Positions 1 to 12,900 of a stretch of 64,000 nt of DNA are shown here, piece by piece; position 1 is the stretch's first letter, and every line of letters begins with the position of its first letter. A model generated the notes under the pieces. That model was not told where the DNA came from and searched no databases. It saw nothing but the letters and a program-made list of their open reading frames with translations. The translations under genes and the position numbers were made by a program. Where the stretch lies: the NCBI GenBank assembly GCA_964106645.2, contig OZ067046.1; one strand, given 5' to 3'. The stretch is from Podarcis pityusensis. Taxonomy: Eukaryota.

Positions 1-312
1 CTGGAATAGTGGGAGATTCCGTATGGATAAAAATAAGTACTTCTGCACACCCCACATCATGAAACTGTGGTGTTTGTTACCACAAGATGTGCTTGTGACC
101 ATCGACTTGGTTGACTTTGAAAGGGGATTAGTCACATTCATGTAGGATAAGGTTATCAATGATTGCGACTCGTGGTGGTTATATGCAACCTCCAGTGCTG
201 TCTCAGAGGCAGCATGCCTCTGAGGACCAGTTGCTGAGGAACAGCAGGAGGCCATTGCCTCGTGCTGGACTCAATCAACCTTCGGTTTGATCCAGTAGGG
301 TCTTTTTACACT
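1..312 (+). mobile_element. Degenerate CR1-type LINE 3' end
   Basis: GGGGATTAGTCACATTCATGTAGGATAAGGTTATCAATG (ORF2 end) followed by a TGATCCAGTAGGG tail, as in squamate CR1 3' ends. Confidence 0.65.
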
Positions 313-2082
313 ATTAATACCAGTGCCAGGACTCAGCAGTGGATCAAGTCACCAGCATGGAATGTTGAAACTCATGTACCACACAGATAAAAGGAGTTCT
401 CGGGAATCACTGAAACTGGCATCCATTTCCTTGACAAAGATGTCAAGGTGGAATAAAACTAAAATTCACTGATGTAAATCTCATTATTTTTTATATCTTT
501 TAATTGATCTCAAAATAAGAAAGGTAGACCTCATTTATAAACAAATAAAACGAAAACTTTGGCTATCATAAGGGGAAGAAAATCTGGTCAAAATGTTAAT
601 GCCTTTGTTTGTTTGTTTTGTCACTTTATATTGCACAGGACAACCCAAACTGACTTGCAACCACCTTCAGGAGGTAGAAATCTGCTATTGAGTGTATGCT
701 TCCCAATCCATTATTTGGCATTTCTTTAGCATGCTCTGCCCGAAAGAGAGAACGCCATGAGGAGATACTTCTTTTTGTTGCACCTCTCCTCCAACCAGGC
801 ATGGAAGATGCATTGACAGAGTTCAATGATGTATTCCAGCCAGGGGGGGAGGGGGGCAGCTATTCTCCTAGATCAAGTAAAACAATAGAAACACTTAACT
901 AACTGACTAATCACATCTGTTCTTCCCCACCTAACAAAAGTCCTCCCCCCCCCCATAACAAAAATCCTGGCTATGCCCATGATTCCAGCCAGGCAAAAAC
1001 AGCAAAGTACAAAGCATAGCATGTTGGGGGGGTGTCATATGGCATGAAGAGAGTCTCAGAAACTAGATAAAGAAAGCCAGATAAAGAGAGATTTGCCCGC
1101 CAAGTTTGAGTTTCTCTTCTCCTGGTTTACAGTACCCATAATCACCATTCATGCTAATGTCTAGCAGTCAAACCCAGAGCCAAGCAGTCCAGAAACTATT
1201 CAGACTGGCCAATCAGCCTAAAGTCAACTCCTTTATCTGACCAGGTGGAACGCCATTGACCTCTTATATCACCTGACTTCTGATGAGCTAGTACCTATCA
1301 TATTCTTCTGGCCACCTGAACCAAAGCAAGGTGGAGGTCAGCAGCTTCTTCATTGGCCAAGATGTATTAATAAAGTCACCTGGGTCCTGCCATGCTAGAA
1401 CATGGCTCCCACCTAGTTTGGTCTGGCCCCAAAGTTATGCAAGTCACGTCATCAGCCAAGGGACCTAGCTGGGCTAATATAAAGGAAGGCACTGCTCTCC
1501 AAGGGAGAATAACCTGACCAAACATGTCACAAATGCAATCATTGCCATACCATGAAAACAATGGCAAGTCACCCCACTCACTCAGGCAGTCAAGTTTCTG
1601 AGAGACGTTCCTGGAAAACTCGTCAGGGCTGCCTAGCCCTTGGTAAACACCAACTCACACGCACCAAGTTCCCTCTGAAATCAAAGGGAAATGTTAACAG
1701 CTTTGCTTGCTCTCCAGATAGTTCCACTGTTGAAGTACTGCGAAGAGCACCAGTGGGTTCTTTTTCAGTCTCTCATTGCTCAGTTTGGGGCTTTGCCGGA
1801 GACAGAGCGCACTTCGTTGATAGCTTGTTTTCAAGTACAAATGTGAAATCCGGGCATCTAGTATTTAAATCCAAGCGCTTTGTTGAACTGGGTGTGGATT
1901 AAGAAGAGAGGGAGTGGGGAGATGCATGGATAGCCATCAACGTAAAACAATCAGAAGGATGGATGGGACTTCATGATGGACCTTTCCCCTCGCCCTCCCA
2001 GTCTCAAACATATATTCGAGTTAAAGATACTTAACTCATATGTCATTGTGGTGGATTCGATCTTGAGTTGTGTCTGTTTGTT

Positions 2083-2256
2083 TCCTACACAGATTTCCCT
2101 TCTCGTAGGGTCAGACTATTGGTCTATCGATCGCAGTATTGTCTACACTGACTGGCAGTGACTCTGCAGAGATTCGAGCCGGAGACACTCCCAGACCTAC
2201 CTGAAGATGTTGGGAGATCGAAAGCAGATGCTCGACCACTGAAACACGGACCTTAG
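2083..2256 (-). mobile_element. tRNA-derived short SINE (Squam3-like)
   Basis: Minus strand has a TCAGTGGTCGAGCATCTGCTT head and a CTGCCAGTCAGTGTAGACAATACTG...GACCAATAGTCTGAC body. Confidence 0.7.
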
Positions 2257-3329
2257 TGACTGATGTACCCAGCTGGCTAAGGGTGTAGAGTTCATCCACA
2301 TCTCCCACGAAGTTCAAACCCTTTCTGGTTCCTTTCAAGTTCGATCGGACTCCCTTTCTTGGCAGCATCTTGTCATGCATTTTCACAAAGCATCGGTTCT
2401 TTCCGTCCTCCATCCATGTTGCCTCTTTCCTTCCTCGCTTCCAAGGGAAGCTTGGGCAAAGAGGGCAAAATCCGGGCAAAATCACCAAACAATGCATTGC
2501 GCTGGTGGCGGGTGGGGAGGAAGAGAAGAAGAGGAAAAAACCAGACACTTTCTCTTATCTGTCCAAAACTTCGAAAGAGTGGGCTGGCTTGAAAAGCGCT
2601 CCCCTGTCTTCCCTTTGTAGAAACTGGAGAGTTTCGAAGTGCATGAGAAAAAGAACAAGGGATTAAGGGAACAAACGGGGGGGGGGGTTGAGTAGGTAGG
2701 TACAGAAACACTGAGTCAGATGATGATCGCGAATCCATTTAGCAGGGGTATTGACTGCGTTGGCTCTCCAGGGTTGCAGTATCTCCCAGGGTTGCAGTCC
2801 TACCTGATGCCCGGGATTGAATTTGGGGTTTGGGACCTTCTGCACACAAGCCAGATGCAGAGCCACGGGCCGGAAAAGTAAACCGCAGGACACAAACCTA
2901 ACTGAACTGCAGACCTTCCGATGTCAACAACGTCTTAGTCCAAGATATGGGCTGAGCCAGCTGCCGTCATTCAGTGGCCACAGACCTGAACACACTACAT
3001 GTGCCCAGAGATACATTCTCTCTGCTTTCATAGACCTTGCATTTGGAACAAGCTCCGATTCTAGGGGGGGGGGGTGCGTCTATCCGTATCAATCCTTCTC
3101 GCACCTCTGTTTTCTCTCCATCCTCATCCAACTGGACTTTTCGGGAGGCCTGTTGAAAAACCTCCCTAAATTCTTTTACCTAAGGTAATGGAAAGAAAGA
3201 CCCAAAAGGGGGGGGGGGTGTTTCTGAATAATTAGGAGAAGTTGCGAATAAGGCAACTCTGTTGCTATCAAGGATCTCTCTCTCCCCCCCCCCCCTTTCT
3301 CTCCCCGCCCTCTTCTCTCTCCCCTCTCC

Positions 3330-3660
3330 CAAGCAGTTGATGTGGTAATTAAGAATTTGGTGAGAGCCCCGGTCAGGTCACCTCGTTTCTCAGATCAGAA
3401 ATTCTTTCAAGTGTCCTTCTGCGTCGCCAAAGATGACAACAGCAAATCAATAAGTGCTTGAAATGAAAGGGGGATGTTGCTTGGCCCCCAGGCTACAGAT
3501 TTTCACACCGCCAGCCTCCCCTCTCCACCCGTCCGTCTCTCTCCCTCTCTTTCCCCCTCCCCTCCCTTTCTTCTTCTGAACTTGTAGCATTCCTTTGCTC
3601 TGTCTCGCCTCCTCTAGGAAGAGCTGGCCTTTTATGCCTCTGCTCAAGAAGGAGGTAAGT
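3330..3660 (+). promoter_or_regulatory. PITX2: Distal PITX2 promoter / upstream non-coding exon ending at donor GAG|GTAAGT (3654/3655)
   Basis: High-complexity block (GATGTGGTAATTAAGAATTTGG...CAAAGATGACAACAGCAAATCAATAAGTGCTTGAAATG) resembling the recalled upstream first exon of human PITX2 variants. Perfect donor; motifs GGTCAGGTCA, TCAAGTG, AAATCAATA. Confidence 0.6.
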
Positions 3661-4794
3661 GCCCCCCTCCCCGTTAGCCTTTCTCTATTGCCTGTGTGGC
3701 TCTCCATCCAAGGGCTGCCTTTCCTGGGAAGAGCCGGGAAGGAAGAAGCGGCCGAAATGTCGAGGCCAGCGACCAAAGAGCGACAGTTCTCCTTTCTGCA
3801 GAAGCCAGAGAACTGCTAGGCGCCACGACTAAAATAAACGCCATACCGTCGAAAAGGCCCTCCATGCCTGCCATTGTCTTTTCTTCCTGCTTGCTTTGGG
3901 GAGGCGTCCCACCTCCCCCACCCCTCAAGTGGTTTAAAGCAGAGTGAAAATAAGTGGGGATTGCATTCACACGGCTGGCTTCGCCCCTAATGAGTCCGGA
4001 TTCAAACCGTATTTCTAACGCACCCTTCTCGCTCCTTCTACCATCAGCTTTATTTTCCCTCTCCCTCCCCAGCCCCACAAAAATCCAATCCCCGGGACGT
4101 TTTAATGAAGTAATTCATTGCTGAGTCAATGCAGACATTTATATATTCTTTTAGCTCAAGTGGTTAAGCGCCGGTTGCTTCGCGGTGACGATAAAACCAC
4201 CGGAATACACGAGGTAGTGGGGCAGGTTTTAATTTATATGCAAATCAATGGGTCCGTTTGGAGGGAGGGAAACTCTCTGCTCTCCCCCTCCCCCTTCACC
4301 ATTTTTTGTATTGGCACCGTTGGAATCAAGATGAGCGAAGTGGAAACAAAATCTGAAGCAGGCCAAATAAAAGGGGTTGGGGGACGAATCGAGAAGCCAG
4401 CGAATCAATAAGGTAGGAGGGGAGTTGTTCACACACTCACAAGAATATAATTCGGAAGAAATTTGAAAATAATAATTCAGGACTGATTATCACTGCTCAG
4501 CAAAGCCTTCTGAAGAGGATTAATTAGGTGTTCACCTGTTTTCAGGGCCAGCGATGGAGAAACTGGAGTCTGGACACTGGGTTATTTTTCTCGTTATTGG
4601 TGTCCCCACCCACACCCTTCCCACAAAGACTCACGAGTAAGACATCTCAACTAAAATGGAATAATTACCAGATGAATGGGCCTCTTTCTATTATTATCCC
4701 CAATGTCAGCTCTCTCATTAGACTAGGCGGATGGGAATCATATCTTCGTCGTCTTCGTCATCCAGCAAGGCTTGCCGAAAATTGTAAACGTGCT

Positions 4795-5495
4795 GCCTGA
4801 TCTTAAGACTAATGTTTACTCAGAAGTAAGTCCCCTAGAATCCATTGGATCTGACTCTCTCTAAAACGCACTTAGGACTGCAAGATTTGCAGTACAGTCC
4901 TTAGCATGTTTTCTCGGTAAATAACCAAGCTTACTTCTTTGTAAGTGCGTTTAGGATTGCATTCCCAGGCCTGCATAACTTTCGATTGACTTTGCGCGTT
5001 CTTATGAGGAACAGGAAACTCTCTTGCCTTCTAAGATAGAACAACAACTTTTCCCAGTTCGTTCCCAAACTAAAAACTGTTTGGTACACTCGTTTTCCTG
5101 AAAGTGATTGACTTAACATAGAATTAATTTCTAGGTTAGAGATTTAGACTGCAATCCTAACCCCATTTACCTGGGAGTAAGTCCCATTGAATACAGTAGG
5201 ACTTACTTTTCGGTATACTTGTTAGGACTGTGCAATCCTATGCTCCCTCACTCAGAAGTAAGTCCTATTAGGTTATTTACTTCTGGGTAAGAAAGTATAG
5301 GATTGCAGCCTTAGGTTGCAATGCCATAAATATGTATTTAGGGAAAGTGCCATTGAACTTAAACAAATTTACTTCTGTCTAAACGTCCGTAAGATATGGC
5401 TGTTTGCTTGCAATCCCAATCATCACTGAAAGTCAGTCCAACTGAAATGAATTGGAATTACTTCCGAGGAAACACGGTTAGGATCCAAGTGTTAG
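4795..5495. mobile_element. Tandem array of at least 6 palindromic ~85-bp MITE-like elements
   Basis: Repeated units GCAATCCTA...AGTAAGTCCCATTGA..TCAATGGGACTTACT...TAGGATTGC, e.g. 5147-5230 and 5231-5310. Confidence 0.8.
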
Positions 5496-6010
5496 GCTCC
5501 CAGGATATGGGTGCATAGTGATCCAGGAGAAATTTGCATTAACTCCAACAGGTTGTGTCTGTCCTCCAAGAAAATAATGTCCTGCATCAGATCAACAAAT
5601 CACAATAAACTTTGCACCCGTTTATTTCCGAGAGCCAAGGATGTAATTCTTATTTAGCCTGTTTTGATTCACAACTGTAAAACCTCTGGAGAAATGAGGA
5701 GCTCTTTCAGTAACTGCCACAGCCGATTAAAGATTGAGTTAGTCTAACTATCTGAGTTGCAACCAGACGATTAAACAAAACTGCAGTCGGGTCTCTTAAT
5801 ACACATGCTATTTAAAGAAACCAGCTATTTGGTTTAGCTTTGTTGTTTTTGCTAAATGAGACAGATAAACAATGAGTTGAAAATTCTGGTGAACACATTG
5901 CCTTCATCAAGAGGTGCGCCTAAGGTGGTCACAACGAAGTCTTCAGCTTGTGAAGGGAGGGGAACCCTGCCATTCAGTCAGTTCCTCGGCTAGAATCCTG
6001 CCTCTTCTCA

Positions 6011-6210
6011 NNNNNNNNNNNNNNNNNNNNNNNNNNNNNNNNNNNNNNNNNNNNNNNNNNNNNNNNNNNNNNNNNNNNNNNNNNNNNNNNNNNNNNNNNN
6101 NNNNNNNNNNNNNNNNNNNNNNNNNNNNNNNNNNNNNNNNNNNNNNNNNNNNNNNNNNNNNNNNNNNNNNNNNNNNNNNNNNNNNNNNNNNNNNNNNNNN
6201 NNNNNNNNNN
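6011..6210. other. Assembly gap (200 N)
   Basis: Run of exactly 200 N, i.e. a placeholder of unknown true length. Confidence 1.
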
Positions 6211-9200
6211 CACCCTAGAACCCCTGTTCCGCGGCAGCATGTCTAATGTATTCCCCCGTGGTTCTGGGCATTAATTAGTTGTTTAATAGGAGTATGACTA
6301 AAAATGTAAAAGAAGGATTAGGAGCGTGAAACGTATGTCCAGATCCTTCCACACACTCGAGGAGGGAATGAAAATCACTCTGTATCTTATGTTTCTCTAC
6401 AAGCCATTTGCATTTCCCACCAGCTGCTCACTTCAGCTGCACCGGCGATGGAAGTGCCCGGCTTCGAGTCGTGATCCGGGGCTGAAGCCCCCCCAGTATT
6501 GACGGCGGGCGGGGGGCGGAGGTGGCAGCAAGGGAGGAAGAGCGGGTTGTCGGGCAGAGGAGTGCGGAGTAGCAGCAGCAACTGCACGCTGGCTGGCTGG
6601 CCCGCACAGCTCAGACAGACAGAGAGGGAGAGGGAGAGAGAAAGGGGTTGGGGGAGGGAGGTCTGTGGCAGATCCTAATTTAAAGTCTCTGGAACAGGCA
6701 AGTGGTGAGGAACAGGCGAGGCTCTTTGCATGTGTCTCTCTGGACGGAGCCGCGCGGGGGGGGGGGGGACGAGCCTCCCTCGCATTCTTCAGACGGGTTC
6801 AAAGCAAAAGCAGCCACAACACAGCGGATCTGTTTACCTTTGTTATTTTACCCGGTACTGTCCATACATTAATTAGGTACACGGAAGCATGAATTTATTT
6901 CAGGAGACGAAGGGGTGTCTGGAAGCTGCTGACGGCCAAACAAAAGGATTTCTGACCCCCTCCACACACATACACAAATAGAGTTTAAGGTTAACCCTGC
7001 TGGATTTTTTTTTTCCGCCATGGGACGGGGGTTGTCCTGGCTTTCTTTAATGAGCTAGGAAAACTCGATTAAATGTACTGTAACCTGTTTCGCTCGTCAG
7101 TAGGATGGAAAGAAAGAGCTATTGCCTTGGAACGTTTTCGCACACTTCTATGGTGTTTTGTCTTCCTGCTAGAAATGCGTGCCTGTCCGCCCCGTCCAAC
7201 ATTACGCACATAATCTCACACACCCAGAGATTTCCGGCGCAAAATAAGATGTGGGTAGAGCCACGATCGCCCCTTCTCCAAGTAGACCGCCTTCGCTTGA
7301 CGTAGTCCCACCCTAGGACGTTTTGCGTTGACGTTTTCACTTTTGGGCAATGTTGTAAATAAGCGGCGATGGAAGAACCGTGATTCTACCAACGCGATTA
7401 TTAGCGAGTTTACAACCCAATCGTGCCCTGGTGTACTTTGAAACCTCTGGTTTCAATGCTATATATTCTCAAGGAAGTGTGCCGAGGATTGTAGACAAGT
7501 TATAGGAATGTGTTCATCCTCAACAAAATTAGAGAGAGAAAATTATATTAGAGCCTGATCCATACTACAGTACCAATACTCAAAAGTAAATCACGTGTCC
7601 CTGGGACGCTTTAACGGCAGAAGCGACCAAAATGACGTCCACTTATTTGCATCACCAATTTGGTTAAATTTTCCACCACCTCCCAAGTAACGTAATGGCA
7701 ATGGCAATAACGTCTAGCCTAAAACAGCTTGTTTTCTTTGTGCGTACGTAACATTTGTTTGTTTAGTATAGATTTTAGTTTTACTAATTTATGAAATGCA
7801 GAAAATGCAATAAAATCGAATTAAGCTGTTAATGATAGGAAACTAAAACTCCTTTTTACAATGGAAAGGCTGGTGGTTTTTTGTTTTGTTTTTTACAGTT
7901 GAACTTATTTTATTGTGAGTAATAAATACAAGTAACATTTTTAAAAACGGCAACCCAGTTTTGGCAGTGTTTGTATCTAGTATGTGCAGTTTAACTTTTG
8001 TCAAGAATATCCGCCATCGTCTTCCATCGAGCTTTCCTAGTGTTTCTGTTTAACACATGCAAAATATTAATGAGCAAGGTAATAAATCGACCTGATAAAC
8101 TTTTTTGGGGGGGATGAACATATGCACTCTTAGTAGGGAGGAAGGTGGAGTCATCGACCTTCCCTCGGACATAAAATCCTACTGAGCTCAAAAAGGCTTA
8201 CTCCGGAGTCGTGAGTAGGCCACAGATCCACTCCTGCAGACGCGGCTCCAAACGCTGCTGAGCTTTGAAGCATCGCATCTTCCGCCTTCCACTCCTCTCT
8301 CTCTCTCTCTCTCTTTCCTCCCCACCCCACCCCCAAACGTAACCTCGTCATTTTAAAAAATGAGTTATCAGTGACCCCACGTGAACTTGATGGGTGCCCA
8401 TACAGCAAAGGAAATTCTACACTTAAATGCGCATCTGGGGCTTGTACGTCGCAATCCATTCCTTTAAAAGTGGCCAGAAACTCTTCTCTTTCCCCTCCCT
8501 CAACTTTCCCAGCTGCGAACTGTAACGTGGACATGTTTTGTTTTTTTCCCCTTCCCGCTCCCTCTTTTTAGCTAGAAATGACTTTGAACTCTTGCGAGCG
8601 TCCTCGGCGGAGTGACCGGGCCTCTCTTCGCGCTGGCTCGCAGCCCCACGCAGCCGTGCATTTCCTTCCCACTTTCCTTGCGCCGCTTCCTTTCCCTTTC
8701 GGGTCTTGATCTTTACCTTCTCCTTGGCCTCTTTTGTTCCTTTCACTACCAACTTTCCCTCTGGGGATCCACACACACACTCTTTCCCTTTCGCCTTGCT
8801 ACGGCTCGGTCTCCTTTCGCCTCCTTGTCAAAGAAATCCTGGCCACTTGCGCGTAACAGGGCAACGTGTTTGGGCGGTGGGGGGACATAAACCTTTCAAG
8901 ATCTTTACATCGCTCCCCTGAAACCTTCCTGGAAAGCACCTCTCCCACTTTCATGCACCCCCCCGCGCTCCTAACGCAGCTCCTTCGCCTTTCTGCTTTC
9001 CCTTTGTGGTGGGCTGTCGGGGGTGGGGGGTTGGCTTTGTCACGTCCATATTCCTGGGACCATCAGTTTCTCCCTCGACCCAGAGATCTCATCTCCTTTT
9101 GTTTCTTAGGCCATCCACCACCTCGATTTCAGTGTCTACCTGGATTTCGGGGAATATAGGCTAGGATCGGGGCCTTTCCTTGCACAGGGCGCTTCCACGA

Positions 9201-9314
9201 GGCTTACTCTCTCAAGGCAGCGCGCAGAGCATCGCCGCCTCGGTTTACTGATGGTTTGACTCTCTGCTCTCCGCCCAGCCTTCAGGTCGATCCGTCTGTC
9301 CATCTATCCATCCT

Positions 9315-9352
<38 letters not shown>

Positions 9353-9961
9353 GTCTTCTCCCAACTGCGCCCCCTGCACTTCGCTCCCCCCCCCGCCCCG
9401 TCGTCTCTCTGCTCCGCAGCGGAGTTGAGTTTGGTGGAATCTCTGCTGACGTCACGCGGCTCCCTGGCCAGGCAGAGCGAGGCGAGAGGAGCCCGAGGAG
9501 AGGCGAAGAAAGGCAGAGAGACACAGGCAGCGTGTCCGCCCCGGGGAAAGCACAGCGGTCCCGCAGCGAAGCCGCCAGCAGCCTGCCTGCCAGCCAGCCA
9601 GCCTGCTTGCCAGCCTGCCTGCCGTCGAGCCGCGGCCAACAGCTCCCTCCCGCCGTGGCCCCCTCGACGGAACGCCGCGCGCCTGCCGGCCAGCCTTCCT
9701 TTCTCCTTGGGGATCCTTGCCTTGCTCCGGCTTCCTTGCCGTCCCAGGCTGGCCGTAGTGCTGCTGCTGCTGCTGCTGCGCTTGCTGGAGGAGGCGGAGG
9801 AGGCGTCTGTGGGCGACTCGAGTCGTCCACCAACTCTCATCTCGAGCCTGGGATTTGCTAAAAGCTTCGGCCCAGAAGACGACGACGAAGAAGGCGGCGG
9901 CGATCAGGGAGGGCGAAGGGGGGAAAACAGAGAGAGCGACGCGCGCTTGCAAAGGGAGCCG
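9353..9961 (+). other. PITX2: PITX2a/b non-coding exon 1 (5'UTR) in a CpG island
   Basis: Contains GAGTTTGGTGGAATCTCTGCTGACGTCACG, which I recall from the human PITX2a/b 5'UTR. Donor GCCG|gtaagc at 9962 gives the junction AGCCG|ATAACGGG, as recalled for human. The 5' end is uncertain: (CT)n-AG acceptor at 9352, another AG at 9285, or a local TSS. Confidence 0.8.
9447..9454. promoter_or_regulatory. Palindromic CRE (TGACGTCA) in exon 1
   Basis: Exact CREB/ATF consensus within the block recalled from the human 5'UTR. Confidence 0.6.
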
Positions 9962-12900
9962 GTAAGCAGAGCCAGGGAGGCCCGTCGCTGCCTTTGGCCC
10001 GGCGGTGTGAGATAATGTGAATCGGCCAATTGGTTCCACTTCGCCAGACTCGCCCCGAAGGGTGATTTGTGGCGTTTGGGGGGCGAGCGGAGGGGGCCGT
10101 CTGGGCTGGCCGCAGACCTTGGGGTGTGTGTGTTTGCAGTTATAAATGCGGTGTGTGGGCTGGGGGGCTTTGGGGAGGGTTGGCTGTGGGCTTGCCAAAA
10201 GCAGTGCCCCCCACCCCACCCCTTTTCGCGCGCTCGCAGTTTAAACCAAGGACTCCAGCTTAAACCAGACGTCTTGGGGTACCGGCCTCCTCCCTCGAGG
10301 GGGATGTTGAAAGAAAAGAGGAGTCGAGGCGAAGGACCTGCTGCAGGCCTTTCTGATCTGGGGCCGTTTGTAGACCCAATTGGCTACCTTTCCTTTCGCG
10401 AGCCGTCGGTTTGGAAGGGCTGGGCTCTCGCTAGGCTTGGAAGAGTCAGCCAACGCTGATCGCCAAGGAAAGACAATGAATTACCCTTGTCTTCTAATTG
10501 GCGTAACAACAGTAAACATAATAGTCATCTCCATCAGTACCACTATGATGAGGGCTGCTGCAGCTACTCCCACGACTATTTGCACCAGAAAGCTACTAAC
10601 GCGCTACCAGTTAAGTATACCAGCTGCAGGTTACTAGTTAGAATATATTAGGATTTAACACAAACACACACCGAGCTTCCTCCAAAGGTTCGTGGCCAGT
10701 TTCACTCCCTACGCCTAAAGGTTAATTCACTGCTTCTTCAAATGCAAAATGAATAATTTTTCTTTACACCCACACACCCTCCCTATTCTCCCCCCTTTCT
10801 TTTTAAAAGGCATCAGAAAAAGAAGTTTAATAAATTAACAAAGGGGTTGCACTGGCAAGAAGAAAGTGCTGCTTTCCTAGGAAATTTGTCTAGTTTTGCA
10901 AAAGTTTCTTCTCAGCGCGCGCCTAAGTAAACGGTATTCCTCTGGAGGGAAACATCATATATGTTGCAGTTTCTCTCTGTGTGTCGGTCTGTCTCGCATT
11001 TAAGGTTTGCAGATCCTTAAAGTAACTGAAATAAATACAGGCCATGCCTTATGCATATGCCGCTTGTATATTTTTGTTCTCCTTTTGGTCCGGGCCTTGT
11101 TTCAGTTACAAAATAAGGCCCGATTTAGCATTTAAAAAAAAATAAATAGTTTAAACTGACTTATGTGTGTACAAAATCGGTTAGGGTTCTGCTGCTGTCT
11201 GCAGTCAGCCACCAATTCAATTTCCTCACTTCCTAGAAAGACAGAAAAGAAGCCCCTCCAAATCCTGGTTACTAATCTGCCATCAATAATATTTTATTTT
11301 TCTCTCGGTAATTATCATTTAATTGTATGCCTCGCTGCATGTTCATGATAAAAATATTTGAGAACAGCTTAAAGACGCGAATTTTGCCAAACCATTTTTA
11401 AAAGTGTGGGGGAGGGTATCTTTATTATTATTTAATTGTGATTCGCGTTGCTTACTTGTAAAATAGTTAACAGCGTCTTAAATGGTGCAAATTTTGCTAC
11501 ACGCCTAAAATAGTATTTTAAATCATAATAATACAACAAAATTAAATAAGGGACGAGCAAAAGTGGGTTAAAGATCGGAATTGCAAATGAACAAGAATCT
11601 AGTTTTCGTTCTGATCACCCTATTACCCTCCCCCAAATAATTTTGTAATAAACCGCATTCATTTAATCAATGGGATTCCTTCCACGTAAATCAGTTTAGC
11701 ATAGGAAGCTAATATTAGTAATATGGCGGAAAGCTTGTGAAGTTACTCGTGAAAAGTTCCTACAGATCCCATGTAATCGGCCTGAATTACTCACCTCTCC
11801 CCGTTTTTGTGAGGTAGATATATGGAGAAACAAATAGTTATGTAGTTATGGATATAATTAGGACCTGGGTCTTTCAGAATCCATTTAGCGTGGCAATTTA
11901 TTTACAGCGCAAAAATTGTGCCCCCCACCTCCGCAACACACACTGCAATCCTGACAATCGGTGGTGACTCCCCCGCCCCCATAAATGTGCTTAGGTTTGT
12001 GCTGCAAAACTGTTTATTTCTTAAGAGCCCTGGAAACCCTGTAATAAAATAAATATTAATATACATATGAATGGCAGAAGAATTTTTTTTAAAAGTGTGG
12101 ATAATTATAACTGTTGACATTCCAGGTGGTTATATGTCTGTCTTTGCAGGATATAATCTTGTCCAGATTTTGGAAGAAGGTTGGAGGGGGGGAGGAGACT
12201 TAAAAACATAGAAAAATAAATTGCGCGTCTCAGGTGGTTAGATAAATTAGCCATCAAGGTAGGCGTTGAAACAGGGCGACCAAATTTGTCATGCGAGGCT
12301 TGTCTTGACAGAACCGGTTTAAGGATCACCAGAGAGGAATTAGGGGGTTTTCTTAATTGCCTTCCTTAACAATTTCACCACAGCTCACATACTAGGCCTC
12401 TTTATTGGAAAGGGCGTTTCATACACTCAGCGAGCCATCCTCTTTCGGCTCCCTGGAGCTGGGAATATAAATGGCTCGGCCCTATTAGAATTCTGAGAGT
12501 TGTCTCAGGAAATAAACATTCACTGACCTTTCGGGTGCCCCGATCCTCTGCATATTTACCTGGAATGATGTCTCATTTATTTCAGTGGGACCCACTTGGG
12601 TATTAAGCTTAGGATCTGGCCGTTAGTTGAAAAGAAGGCCCATCGGCTTCGAAATAAGGCTGCGATCCTAAATCCACGTGCAGCCTGATCCTGAGCGCGT
12701 GGTCAGAAGTAAGTCCCAGGGAACTGAGTGAGACTTCTCCCTTAAGTAAGAACCCACGGATTGCACCCTTCAATTGGGGGGGGGGGAGGAATAAGTTGCA
12801 TTGCAACGGGAAGCGTTTGCAAATAAACGCGCTCAGGATATGGGTGATGCTATTAGGATATTCGATTATGGATCGTATTCGGAATCTTAAAAAAAAAAAT

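Noticed and set aside
2111-2548. 145-aa minus-strand ORF
   Set aside because: Its C-terminal part is the translation of a Squam3-like SINE.
4795-5495. Regularly repeated palindromes resembling a CRISPR array or REP/attC elements
   Set aside because: Eukaryotic locus; units are divergent, dispersed through the window, have TIRs, and lack unique constant-length spacers or cas genes.
9256-10219. Six long overlapping ORFs (163-255 aa) on both strands over exon 1
   Set aside because: GC-rich, stop-poor CpG island with low-complexity translations and mostly non-ATG starts. An in-frame TAA 9 nt before the exon 2 ATG excludes an N-terminal extension of PITX2a/b.
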